Position numbers and translations under genes: made by a program. DNA of 64,000 nucleotides from an uncultured delta proteobacterium (GTDB taxonomy: Bacteria; Myxococcota_A; Polyangia; Polyangiales; B10-G4), in NCBI GenBank assembly GCA_963727445.1, contig CAVSGI010000015.1, forward strand, positions 160,001 through 224,000, in the 5' to 3' direction. Under the pieces are notes generated by a model. It ran no database searches and had not been told where the DNA came from. It saw nothing but the letters and a program-made list of their open reading frames with translations. Below are positions 29,397 through 39,011 of the stretch, one piece after another (positions within the stretch are counted from its first letter, which is position 1; the number at the start of each line of letters is the position of its first letter).

Positions 29397-29783
29397 TTCA
29401 TTCATGTGCAACTTGCTCCCCCGGCTTTCGCCGGCACCCAGGGACACACCGGCCTCGAAGCTGATGCCGGGCCACGATCTGGGCGTTCCGTCTAGGGGAT
29501 CCACTTCGGCGCGGGCGGACGAACGGGCTGAGCCGTGAAGTCGCGCTCGCGGTGCGGATCCCGCAGTCAAAGTGGCAGGATTCCCAGAGGGAATTCGAAC
29601 CATTCCGGGGCTATTGCCCATCCGCCACATATCAGACGCTCCCCGAGCCGAGACCCGGTGAACCATTTGAGGGTAAGGCCGAGGAAGCGAGTCGCCAAGC
29701 ATTCGGAGAATTTTTTCTAGACCGAAGCCGGATCCAGAGACGTCTGGGCCCTCACCGGATCGAGAGATTTCTTGGAGGGCTCG

Positions 29784-31208
29784 ATGGAAAAGACTGCTGC
29801 GAAGAGCGTGCTGATCGCGCTCGTTTCACTCATGGCCGCCTGTGGCGGCGCCTCGACGACCGAGGTCCAGGACCCGGGCGTCGTCTCCCTCTCGGGCACC
29901 CTGGGCAACACCTTCGTTCCGGCCGGCGAAAACGGTGAGGTCCTCGCGCGGGTTCGCGTCTCGACCCGCGCGCTGGACGGCAGCGCCCGACCCCCGATCA
30001 ACCTGGCGCTCGTCGTCGACACCTCGGGCTCGATGGCGGGAGAGCCGATCGAAGACGCGCGCGAGGCATCACTCGCGATCCTGGATCTCCTGCGCGAGGG
30101 CGATCGCCTGAGCGTCGTCGCGTTCCACAGCACGACCGAGGTGCTCCTTTCGTCGACGGTGATCGAGGACAACCTGGACGAGCTCCGCGAGGACATCGGT
30201 CGGATGGAGGCGCAGGGGACCACCGACATGGCGGGCGGCCTCCAGGCGGGGCTCACCGAGCTGATGTCGCACTACGAACCGAACGGTGTGAACCGCCTGG
30301 TGCTTCTTGGCGACGGCGTGCCCAACGACGAGGCGGGCATCGTGGCGATGGCCCAGGCGTCGGGCGAGCGCGGCATGAGCGTCACCGCCATCGGGCTCGG
30401 GCTCGACTACAACGAGACGCTCATGGGCGACATCGCCCAGGTCAGCGGCGGGCAGTTCCACTACGTCGAGGAGTCCGAGCAGGTGGCTTCGCTCTTCCGT
30501 GACGAGGTCATTCGCATGCAGCGCGTGTCGGGGCGCAACGCCGTGGTGCGGCTTCAGCCGGGCCCGGGCGTGACGATCCAGAGCGTCGTCGGGCAGAACG
30601 TGCAGAACCTCGGGGCCTACGTGGAGGTGCACCTCGGCGATCTGCACGAGGGCGAGCACCGTGACCTGATGGTGCGCGCGACGGTGGAAGGCCGCCGCCC
30701 GGGCGCGACGGTCGAGCTGATGGACGTCCACCTCGGCTTCGACGACGCGGTGATGGAAGGCGGCCGTCTCGAGCGGCGCGTGTTCCTGGGCGCGAAGAGC
30801 ACCGACGACGTCGAGGAGCTGGCGAGCGGCCGCAACACGGACGTCGAGCGCGAGGCGGCCCGGATGCAGGCGGCGGCGGTGACCATTCAGGCGGTGCGCA
30901 TGACCCGCGAGGGCGAGCTCCAGGCGGCGCGGGCGATGCTCGAGCGCGCCGAGCAGGACGCGCGCAACTTCGTCGACGAGGAGAGCGATGGCGACGAGGA
31001 CTTCGCGGCGCAAATCGAGACGATGAGCGCCTTTCGGCAGTCGCTCGGCGCGCCCAGCACCGGCACCGCCGCGGCGGGCGCCAGCGACGATTACGACGAG
31101 CCCGAAGCCGACGTGAGCGAGCCCTCTGCGCCGCCCATGCCCGCCGTCGACCGCGCGCGCATCCAGCGCGAGGTGCACAGCGAGAGCCTGGACGCACTCG
31201 GCTACTGA
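29784..31208 (+). CDS. VWA-domain lipoprotein (YfbK-like)
   Basis: Lipobox MAACGG; PINLALVVDTSGSM (MIDAS); GTTDMAGGL; LVLLGDGVPN; IGLGLDYNE. Confidence 0.9.
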   Translation: MEKTAAKSVLIALVSLMAACGGASTTEVQDPGVVSLSGTLGNTFVPAGENGEVLARVRVSTRALDGSARPPINLALVVDTSGSMAGEPIEDAREASLAILDLLREGDRLSVVAFHSTTEVLLSSTVIEDNLDELREDIGRMEAQGTTDMAGGLQAGLTELMSHYEPNGVNRLVLLGDGVPNDEAGIVAMAQASGERGMSVTAIGLGLDYNETLMGDIAQVSGGQFHYVEESEQVASLFRDEVIRMQRVSGRNAVVRLQPGPGVTIQSVVGQNVQNLGAYVEVHLGDLHEGEHRDLMVRATVEGRRPGATVELMDVHLGFDDAVMEGGRLERRVFLGAKSTDDVEELASGRNTDVEREAARMQAAAVTIQAVRMTREGELQAARAMLERAEQDARNFVDEESDGDEDFAAQIETMSAFRQSLGAPSTGTAAAGASDDYDEPEADVSEPSAPPMPAVDRARIQREVHSESLDALGY

Positions 31209-31250
31209 GCACCGAGACGGCTCGGACACCCGGTATGACTCTCGCGAGCC

Positions 31251-32135
31251 GTGGTTCGTCTCGCCTTCGCATTGCTCTTGCTGGCCGGCTGCGGTCCGTG
31301 GCAGCGGCCGGTGCGGAGCACCTGGGCGAGCGGTCAGGGCCTGCCGCATCACTTCGCGCCCGACGTGGTGACCAACCCCGGCGCGGGCGTGGATGTCACC
31401 GCGAAGTTCGCCTACGGCTTCTACAGCGTGGACCTCGAAGGGGAGGAGGTGAAGGCGTCGATTCGTCTTCGCCGGGGTTGGGTGACGCTGGGCACGGCCA
31501 CCACCGACGACGAAGGCTGGGTCCGCGTCGACGTCCCACCGAACCTGCTGCGTGAGCCCGGCGTCTACCCCGTTCGCCTCGTCGTCGCCGACGGAACCGC
31601 CGCCGAGGCCCGGGTCTTCGTGCTCGCACGCGGCACGCACATCGCGGTCTTCGACGTCGACGGCACGTTGACCCGCGACGACCTCGAGCTCCTCGATCAG
31701 ATCACCGGAGGCACCGCCGACGCCTATCCCGGCGCGGACGACATCGTCTGGCACTACGCCCGGCGCGGCGTCCAGCCCGTCTACATCACTGCGCGCTTCT
31801 ACCTCTTCGGCCGCATGACCCGCCGGTGGCTCGCCGACGGCGCCTTTCCCCCCGGTCCACTCTTCGCGACCCGTTCCCTCGCCGAGTCGGGCGCCAGCGA
31901 TGCAGACGGCGCCCACACCTTCAAGCGCAAAGTCCTCGCGGATCTCCAAGGCCGCCTGGGCCTCGTCATCGAAGCCGCCTATGGCAACGCCGACACCGAC
32001 GTCTGCGCTTACGCCACGACACACATCCCCCCGGCCCACACCTTCATCATCGGCCCGAACGGCGGCCACGCATGCGGGAGCCACCCAGCGAGCCAGGCGG
32101 TACACGACTACCCCTCCCACCTGGAGGAGCTGTAG
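31251..32135 (+). CDS. LNS2/PITP-like HAD-superfamily lipoprotein
   Basis: Lipobox LAGC; AVFDVDGTLT, PVYITAR, FKRKVL, AAYGNADTD (LNS2-type HAD motifs). Confidence 0.82.
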   Translation: MVRLAFALLLLAGCGPWQRPVRSTWASGQGLPHHFAPDVVTNPGAGVDVTAKFAYGFYSVDLEGEEVKASIRLRRGWVTLGTATTDDEGWVRVDVPPNLLREPGVYPVRLVVADGTAAEARVFVLARGTHIAVFDVDGTLTRDDLELLDQITGGTADAYPGADDIVWHYARRGVQPVYITARFYLFGRMTRRWLADGAFPPGPLFATRSLAESGASDADGAHTFKRKVLADLQGRLGLVIEAAYGNADTDVCAYATTHIPPAHTFIIGPNGGHACGSHPASQAVHDYPSHLEEL

Positions 32136-32163
32136 ATGAGGGACTGGGGAGGTTGCGTGTGTT

Positions 32164-33039
32164 TCAGCGCTGGCGGCGACGCCGAGCGGCGAGCACCATG
32201 GCGAGCGCGACGAATGGGAGCGCGCCCGCGAAGCCGTGGCCCAGCCCGGGGTTCGACGCGGTGCAGTAGATGCCGGTGATCGCGCCCTGCGGCTCACCGT
32301 CGAGGCTCCATTGCGCGGTTCGATCGTCGTCGCAGTCCACGGCGCCGTCGTACTCGATCGTGGCGCGCCGCCCGTCCGACGACTCGATCACGGTTCGCCC
32401 CTCCGAGGGCTGGCCGCTGCAGACGGAGTCGTCCACCACCTCGTCGATGGTCCGCGCGGTGATGGTGCCGGTCGGTGCCGCCAGTTCGTCGCGGCTGATC
32501 GTCCCGGTCCCGCGCCATACGGTGCGTTCGTCGTAGGTTCCCTCGACCTCGCCGCTGTAGTCGTAGCGCGTCGTCACGCCGCCCTCGGCACGCACGTCGA
32601 TCTCGTAGGAGTGATGATTCGGGCCGATCTCTCGGATGTCCACGGTGCCGGTGAGGCCGGTGAAGAAGTTCGGCTCCTCGAAGTGACCGTAGCCGTCGGC
32701 GGTGAGCGTTCGGTCGCTGTCGCCGCTCCGAACGATCGTGGCCGTTCCACGCCACTCCTCCCCGTCGACGTCCACGCACCCGTCGCCGGCGATGGTCACG
32801 ATCGTGCCGTCGTCCGTGATCTCGGGACAGCGTGCGTCTGCGACCATGCGCTCACCGTCCGCGATCGCCAGAGGCTCGTACACCGTCGCGTACACTCCCA
32901 ATGCGCTCGCGGTGTTCGCCCACGTGCGCACATGCTCGACGTCGTCCAGGTTGCTGTTCTCGCCGCAGGCGCTCGCGACGACGCAGAGCGCGATGGACAG
33001 CGGGCCGACGATGGCAAAGAGGGGTCGATGATTCTCCAT
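32164..33039 (-). CDS. Hypothetical lipoprotein with a MYXO-CTERM-like tail
   Basis: Lipobox ASACG; C-terminal CTASNPG...hydrophobic helix...RRRRQR. Confidence 0.75.
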   Translation of the reverse strand: MENHRPLFAIVGPLSIALCVVASACGENSNLDDVEHVRTWANTASALGVYATVYEPLAIADGERMVADARCPEITDDGTIVTIAGDGCVDVDGEEWRGTATIVRSGDSDRTLTADGYGHFEEPNFFTGLTGTVDIREIGPNHHSYEIDVRAEGGVTTRYDYSGEVEGTYDERTVWRGTGTISRDELAAPTGTITARTIDEVVDDSVCSGQPSEGRTVIESSDGRRATIEYDGAVDCDDDRTAQWSLDGEPQGAITGIYCTASNPGLGHGFAGALPFVALAMVLAARRRRQR

Positions 33040-33180
33040 GAGAGTCCTCCTACCCACCCCACCATTCGAGAACCGTGCCGGCGCCGTTTTCACCGAGCGA
33101 AGCAGGCTCGTCGCCGGGCACTGTCGCAGATCGACCACACCCGTGCAGCGGGGTGCACACTTACAAAGTGGCACCACGGA

Positions 33181-33216
33181 AAAAGGCCGGCGCCCTCTCG
33201 GGCACCGGCCTTCTTC
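33181..33216. terminator. Hairpin terminator
   Basis: AAAAGGCCGGCGCCC-TCTC-GGGCACCGGCCTTCTT, downstream of the 33240 gene. Confidence 0.6.
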
Positions 33217-33239
33217 ACGTGTAGCGCTTCAGCCCGAGC

Positions 33240-35486
33240 TCAGGGCGTGCAGAGCGTGCGGTCGCCGGGGACGCGGACGACGACGATGCGGCTGTCCGCC
33301 TCGACGACGTCGTCGCCGACGACGATGACGCGCATGTTGAAGAGCTGGTCGCCGCAGGTGGCGGGCACGACGCCGTCGTTCTCGGCGACGATCTGGAAGG
33401 TGACGAGGCAGCCCGGGACGACGCCGGTGAAGCTGTCGAGCGAGCCGTCCATCCCGATCGCGCCAGTCGCGTCGAGGCGGTCCACCGTCATCGGGGCCGG
33501 CGTGCAGGTCGCCGTATCCCAGCTGACCGGGATGCCACGGACGAAGAACTGCGACTCGTCCACGGTGGTGGTGGCGGGATCGTCACGCGACTCGGTGTGA
33601 AGCGTCGAGAAGGAGACGAAGGAGGTGAGGTCGGTGATGGCGCTGGTGATGCTGCTGGCCACGCCGCCGCCGCCCGAGCTGTTCGTCGAGAAGACGAAGG
33701 GGCAGACGCTGGTCGGGGCGAGCGGGCCGGAGCCGTCCGGATCCCACGTCTCCGCAGCGCGCATCGCACCACTGAGCCCGTTGTCACACATGCCAGCGGT
33801 CGGCGCCTTGTAGGCACCCGTGCGAACGGCGAAGGCCGACAGCTCGTGCCGCTGGTCGCTCGAGGCCGCGCCGTTGTCGACCGCGAGGCCGATGACCTTG
33901 GCGCCGATGGCGTCGAGCGCCGCGAGGGTCTCGGCCTGGGTCTTCGGCTGCTGGTCGGCCGCGGAGCCGAAGCTGGTCATCGCATAGTTGTCACAGCTGT
34001 CGGTCGAGAGGTCGCCACACCAGGTGAAGTTGTCACCGGCGGTGGAGTTGTCGCCCCACTTGCGATGGAACGTGATGTCGGTCGCGATCACGATGATGGG
34101 CAGCGCGTCCATGCGGTAGCCGGCGCCGCCGATCATCCCGTGGCCGCGGGTGGCGTCGAAGCCGGTGGCCGGCATGAAGGCGGGCGTCCAGGTCGTCCCG
34201 CTCGACGAGCGGAATCCATCACCGGAGGCCGCCTGGAACATCGCCTCGATCTGGCTCTCGGGGCCGTCATTGCCGCCGTGGAGGGTGAGGCCCGCCACGC
34301 CGGAGGTGATGTCGGACATGTTGGTGGTGATGCGCTGGATGAGCCCGAACGGCACGTCGCCGCTGCCGGCGCTGCCGTAGGGCGAGATGGGGAAGTCGTC
34401 GTGGCGAGCGACACCGAACGCAGTGTCGGGGATCGCGGCGCGCACGTCGGTCACGATGCTGGAGAGGAAGGTCCGCAGGCCGGTGATCGTGCCGCCCATC
34501 GAGCCCGTGGTGTCGATCAGGAAGAGCACGTCTGCCTTGCGGATCTGCGGGTCGAACTCGAGGGTGTCCGTGCGGGCCATGCCGCCCGGGACGAGGTCGA
34601 AGGTGAAGTCGCCGCGGCTCGCGAGGTTGTCCGTCGCGTCCGTGGGATCGGTGCCACCTGCGACCTCGACGCCGTCGGACTCACCGTCGCCGTCGGTGTC
34701 GGCGAGGGTCGGGTCGGTGCCCAGGGTGACCTCGTCGGCGTCGTCGATGCCGTCGTTGTCGGAGTCCAGGTCCTGGAAGTCGGGCGTGCCGTCGCCGTCC
34801 GTGTCGACGGGCGGCGTCATGACGTCGGCGTCGCCGGCCTCGTCGGCGTCGGAGATGCCGTCACCATCGGAGTCGTCATCCATGTAGTCGGGCGTGCCGT
34901 CGCCGTCCGTGTCGCGCGGGACCGACGACTGCTCGTCGAAGTCGCTGATGGTGTCGCCGTCGGCGTCGACCGTGGGACGCATGCCGCAGACGCCGGCAAA
35001 GCAGGCCAGACCCACATCGCAGGCCATGCCGCAGCCGCCGCAGTGGTTGACGTTGGCCTGCGTGTCGACGCAGGAACCGCTGCAGTCCGTGGTGCCGGCC
35101 GGGCACTCGGTGGTGCAGGCGCCCGCGCCGCAGACCTCGCCGGTCGCGCAGGCGATGTCGCAGTCGCCGCAGTTGTTGGGGTCGACCTGGGTGTCGACGC
35201 AGCGACCGTTGCACTCGACGGTGCCGACGCCGCAGCCACCCGAACAGGTGCCCATGTTGCAGAGGTCACCGCCGCAATCCATGCCGCAGCCACCGCAGTT
35301 CGCCGGATCGTAGCGCGTGTCGACGCACATTCCGCTGCAGTTCATCTGGCCGGAGGGGCAGGTGCCACCATCACCGCCGATCACACCGGTATCGCCACCG
35401 ACGGGCGGCCGCCCGTCGTCTCCGCAACCTGCCAGGCCGAAGCCGACCAGCGCTGCGAAAATCCAAGCCATCGAAATGGTCCTCAT
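33240..35486 (-). CDS. Surface lipoprotein: Cys-rich (Stig1-like) repeats, TSP3 Ca-binding repeats and a VWA domain
   Basis: Lipobox LAGC; CVDT..DP.NCG.C repeats; DTDGDGTPD repeats; [12 protein letters not shown] (MIDAS) and [15 protein letters not shown]. Confidence 0.88.
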   Translation of the reverse strand: MRTISMAWIFAALVGFGLAGCGDDGRPPVGGDTGVIGGDGGTCPSGQMNCSGMCVDTRYDPANCGGCGMDCGGDLCNMGTCSGGCGVGTVECNGRCVDTQVDPNNCGDCDIACATGEVCGAGACTTECPAGTTDCSGSCVDTQANVNHCGGCGMACDVGLACFAGVCGMRPTVDADGDTISDFDEQSSVPRDTDGDGTPDYMDDDSDGDGISDADEAGDADVMTPPVDTDGDGTPDFQDLDSDNDGIDDADEVTLGTDPTLADTDGDGESDGVEVAGGTDPTDATDNLASRGDFTFDLVPGGMARTDTLEFDPQIRKADVLFLIDTTGSMGGTITGLRTFLSSIVTDVRAAIPDTAFGVARHDDFPISPYGSAGSGDVPFGLIQRITTNMSDITSGVAGLTLHGGNDGPESQIEAMFQAASGDGFRSSSGTTWTPAFMPATGFDATRGHGMIGGAGYRMDALPIIVIATDITFHRKWGDNSTAGDNFTWCGDLSTDSCDNYAMTSFGSAADQQPKTQAETLAALDAIGAKVIGLAVDNGAASSDQRHELSAFAVRTGAYKAPTAGMCDNGLSGAMRAAETWDPDGSGPLAPTSVCPFVFSTNSSGGGGVASSITSAITDLTSFVSFSTLHTESRDDPATTTVDESQFFVRGIPVSWDTATCTPAPMTVDRLDATGAIGMDGSLDSFTGVVPGCLVTFQIVAENDGVVPATCGDQLFNMRVIVVGDDVVEADSRIVVVRVPGDRTLCTP

Positions 35487-35667
35487 GATTTCCCTGCCTC
35501 CTAAACTTGACGCAGCCGTTTCCGGCACTAGAGGGGCGCACCCAAGCGCCTTCTCGAGGCCCTGTCAAATCGACGGAGGCCCCCTGTCGCCATCGGCTAC
35601 GGGATCGGAGGCGCCGAAATTCATTCGCGGCGTGAGCAAGCGCACGACCGCTGTGCTTTGCAATCGT

Positions 35668-36015
35668 TCAGCAGGCGGCGGGGTCGAGCTCGAAGAGCAT
35701 CTGACCCACCGTTCGGGCGCGAAGCTCCGCGCCTGCTCTGCGGTGGAGCCACTGCGCCTGCTTCAAGGCGCGGATCGCCTCCTTCGGCCGCCGCGCGCGA
35801 CGGAGCGCGTCTCCGAGCTGGGTCCAGCTCTTGGCGTCGCCTTCGAGAGCGACGAGCTCGCGAAGGGCGACGGAGGCCTTTCGATGATCCCCACTGCGCG
35901 CGGCACGTCGGGCACGACGCCTCAGGATCTCGGTCTTGTCGTTCGAGGCAGGCGCGGCGACCTCCCCCAGCTTCCGCGCGAGCACCTGTCTCGCCCTACC
36001 CCTGCGTCTCGCCAT
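35668..36015 (-). CDS. Small TPR-like protein
   Basis: SWTQLGDALRRARRPKEAIRALKQA TPR-like helix pair. Confidence 0.55.
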   Translation of the reverse strand: MARRRGRARQVLARKLGEVAAPASNDKTEILRRRARRAARSGDHRKASVALRELVALEGDAKSWTQLGDALRRARRPKEAIRALKQAQWLHRRAGAELRARTVGQMLFELDPAAC

Positions 36016-36102
36016 GCACCGACGGAAACGAATTGCCGATCAGGTGGGCAAGTTTTTGGCTGTTTTTGTGAGGGACTTCGCCCTCCACATCCTGGTCGTG
36101 GG

Positions 36103-36916
36103 TTTTGGTGAGGGACTTCGTCCCTCCACGCTCCCTCGGGGACTGCGTCCCCGCGGCCGACAGACAAATGCGCGAAGAGCGGGGCGGCGATACCGCCGCC
36201 CCGGATAGAGCTGGGCGTGCTGTCGGCCTCCCCTGCACGGCGCCACAGGCGCCGGGTGGCGGCCGAAGGCCGGCCACGGGTGGGCGGGATCACATGGGTC
36301 AGATGAGGGTTTGTTTTGGTGAGGGACTTCGTCCCTCCACACTCCCTCGGGGACTGCGTCCCCGCGGCCGACAGACAAATGCGCGAAGAGCGGGGCGGCG
36401 ATACCGCCGCCCCGGATAGAGCTGCGCGTGCTGTCGGCCTCCCCTACACGGCGCCACAGGCGCCGGGTGGCGGCCGAAGGCCGGCCACGGGTGGGCGGGA
36501 TCACATGGGTCAGATGAGGGTTTGTTTTGGTGAGGGACTTCGTCCCTCCACACTCCCTCGGGGACTGCGTCCCCGCGGCCGACAGACAAATGCGCGAAGA
36601 GCGGGGCGGCGATACCGCCGCCCCGGATAGAGCTGGGCGTGCTGTCGGCCTCCCCTGCACGGCGCCACAGGCGCCGGGTGGCGGCCGAAGGCCGGCCACG
36701 GGTGGGCGGGATCACATGGGTCAGATGAGGGTTTGTTTTGGTGAGGGACTTCGTCCCTCCACACTCCCTCGGGGACTGCGTCCCCGCGGCCGACAGACAA
36801 ATGCGCGAAGAGCGGGGCGGCGATACCGCCGCCCCGGATAGAGCTGGGCGTGCTGTCGGCCTCCCCTGCACGGCGCCACAGGCGCCGGGTGGCGGCCGAA
36901 GGCCGGCCACGGGTGG
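36103..36916 (-). repeat. Tandem array of a 211-bp multi-hairpin unit (about 3.9 copies)
   Basis: Period 211 (equivalent positions 36105, 36316, 36527, 36738). Copies differ by 1-2 substitutions. A partial terminal-hairpin copy lies at about 36063-36088. Confidence 0.97.
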
Positions 36917-37681
36917 CTAGAAGAGGAAGTGGTCGTCGAGTTGGAGGATGTTGAGGTTCTGGCGCTTGATCTTTGCGAGCTCGCGCTCGACCGGCGACTG
37001 GAAGACAGGCTTGATGTGGTAGAGAAGCACGGGAATCTCACGGCCTTTCAGCTTCTCCAGCTCGACATCGAGGGTCTTCGGCGTGTGGTGGCCCGACACG
37101 TGGGCGAGCTCCGAATGGTCGTTCGGGAAGCTCACCTCCATCAACAGCGCTGCCAGATCCTCCCGCTCCTCGAGCACCTCCCAGAGGCGATCCGTCGGGC
37201 CGGTGTCACCGCTGTAGCCGAGGGACTTGTCGCCGCTGCGGATCACGAAGCCCGCGGTCTCGATGGTGTGGGTGACGAGCACCGGGGTCACCTCGAGGCC
37301 GCCGACGATCGACGTCTCTTCTGGTGCGATGGGCTGGAACTCGATGGTGGGACCGAGCTCGGTGTCGATCCTCGAGAAGTCCGGCCAGAGGTGGTCGTTG
37401 AAGAAATGCTTCCTGAGGGCGTCGAGTGTGGCCGGCGTCCCCGCGATCTGGAGCGTGGGCCCGCCCTGCTGGCAGCGGTTGTCGGCGATGGTCGCCAGAT
37501 CGCGGACGTGATCCATGTGGGCGTGGCTGACCACCACCGCCTCGATCTTCCGCTGCTCCTCGAGGCTCAGCGTACCGGTGATGGCGCCGGCGTCGATCGC
37601 CAGACGATCGTCGACGAGAAAGCTCGTCGTCCGATGCTTCGGCGTCTCACCCCCATGGCAACCGAGAACCTTCAGATCCAT
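36917..37681 (-). CDS. Class II 3',5'-cyclic-nucleotide phosphodiesterase (MBL fold)
   Basis: VLGCHGG, IDAG, SHAHMDH, HFFND.LWPDF, YSGDTGP, GHHTP, LYHIKP. Confidence 0.88.
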   Translation of the reverse strand: MDLKVLGCHGGETPKHRTTSFLVDDRLAIDAGAITGTLSLEEQRKIEAVVVSHAHMDHVRDLATIADNRCQQGGPTLQIAGTPATLDALRKHFFNDHLWPDFSRIDTELGPTIEFQPIAPEETSIVGGLEVTPVLVTHTIETAGFVIRSGDKSLGYSGDTGPTDRLWEVLEEREDLAALLMEVSFPNDHSELAHVSGHHTPKTLDVELEKLKGREIPVLLYHIKPVFQSPVERELAKIKRQNLNILQLDDHFLF

Positions 37682-38331
37682 CAGACCCCGAATTTCTCCT
37701 GCATCTCGAGGAACTCGAGGAACTCGTGAAGGCGCTCGACGTCGGTGATGATCAGCCCGCCGGCATCCGCGCGCACCATGCCCAGACGCATCACGCGCGC
37801 GAGCACCGCATCCACCTGCTCCTGTGCGAGGCCCACCTGTTGCGCGAGCCCGGCCGCGTCCAGCGGCAGGCGGATCGTTCCGTCGCTCGTGGGATCACCT
37901 GCCACCGACGCTTCGCGGGACAGCCCCAGGATCACGCGCGCCTTCGGATCCTTGTGCATCAGGATCTCGATGAGCGTGTTCGCCGCGTCGAGGCGACGCG
38001 CGAGCTTCTTGATGAGACGGACGGCGATCTCGGCGTTGGAGACCACCATCTGCTGGAGCGTCTTGCCGTCGAGGACCAGGAGCTGCGCGTCCTCCACCAC
38101 TTCGGCTGTGGCGGTGCGCGGCTTCTGGTTGAGGATCGCCATCTCCCCGAAGAAATCCCCGGGCCCGAGGATCGCGAGGGTCTTCGTCTTGTCCTGAACC
38201 GTCTTGGTGATCTTCACCTTGCCGGCTTGTAGAACGTAGAGCTTGTCCCCCAGATCCCCTTCTTCGAAGAGGATGGTGCCTCGGCTGCACTTCTTTCCGA
38301 AACGCGCGAAGAGCTGATCGCCATCGGACAT
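37681..38331 (-). CDS. Crp/Fnr-family cNMP-binding regulator
   Basis: LFEEGD.GD.LYVL..GKV, GDFFGEMAIL..PRTATA, C-terminal HTH. Confidence 0.9.
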   Translation of the reverse strand: MSDGDQLFARFGKKCSRGTILFEEGDLGDKLYVLQAGKVKITKTVQDKTKTLAILGPGDFFGEMAILNQKPRTATAEVVEDAQLLVLDGKTLQQMVVSNAEIAVRLIKKLARRLDAANTLIEILMHKDPKARVILGLSREASVAGDPTSDGTIRLPLDAAGLAQQVGLAQEQVDAVLARVMRLGMVRADAGGLIITDVERLHEFLEFLEMQEKFGV

Positions 38332-38345
38332 CGGAGTCCCGAATG

Positions 38346-39011
38346 CTAGCCCGGCCGCCCGATAAGTTGAAATAGCTTGGAAGAAGTCGCCGGGGCGGCA
38401 CCTGGATCGACGCTCAGGTGAGCGTGCAGAAGCGCGAGATCCGTGGGGGTATCGACGTCGTACCAGGGCGGAAGCAGGTGGGGCTCCAATCCCGCCTCCC
38501 GCGCGCGAAGGAGGGTGTCCGCGAGGGCGTGGGGGGTGGAATAGCGAATGTCCTCGAAGATGGGGGGGACCTCCGCTTGGGCCCCCACCAGGTAAAAGCC
38601 GCCATCGGCGCTCGGGCCGAGCACGAGCGCGGTCTGGTCGAGGGCTCGAGCGGCGCGCTTCAGGAAGGCCGGCGGCAGGGTGGGCAGGTCCGTACCGACG
38701 ATCAGTCCGCGGCCGCGGCGCGCGATCATCCCGCCGAGAGCCGCAGCCATTCGCGCCCCGAGATCGCCCCTCGGCTGCGGGAAGAGCGGGTATCGATCGG
38801 AGAGCTCCTCGAGGAAGGGATCGGAGAGCTCTCCCGTCACCCAGAGCTCGGGCGCGAGGGCGTCGACCGAAGCGGCGGCCGAGAGCAGGTCGGTGATGAA
38901 GGCGCGATGGAGCGTGCGGCGGTCCTCGGGACCGAGGATCGCGGCGAGGCGCGTCTTGACCGCATCGGAGGACGGCGCCCTCGCGAAGACGGCGAGCGGC
39001 GTCTCGTTCAT
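38346..39011 (-). CDS. DUF2064/TIGR04282-like (CofC-like) transferase
   Basis: FARAP...VKTRL, Q..GDLGARM, IVGTDLP, VLGPSADGGFYL, WYDVDTP.DL. Confidence 0.85.
   Translation of the reverse strand: MNETPLAVFARAPSSDAVKTRLAAILGPEDRRTLHRAFITDLLSAAASVDALAPELWVTGELSDPFLEELSDRYPLFPQPRGDLGARMAAALGGMIARRGRGLIVGTDLPTLPPAFLKRAARALDQTALVLGPSADGGFYLVGAQAEVPPIFEDIRYSTPHALADTLLRAREAGLEPHLLPPWYDVDTPTDLALLHAHLSVDPGAAPATSSKLFQLIGRPG

Noticed and set aside
29237..29500. tRNA, 6S, SRP, tmRNA or a known riboswitch
   Set aside because: No T-loop/CCA cloverleaf, no SRP GGAA-loop motif, no tag reading frame and no recognisable aptamer consensus by eye. Kept only as an unknown RNA candidate.
36103..36916. CRISPR array
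   Set aside because: The units are 211 bp and essentially identical throughout. There are no unique spacers and no cas genes in the window.
35922..37041. Repeated ORFs (e.g. MVRDFVPP..., MAGLRPPPG...) in the tandem array
   Set aside because: They are by-products of a GC-rich non-coding repeat. The period of 211 is not a multiple of 3, so no frame is maintained.
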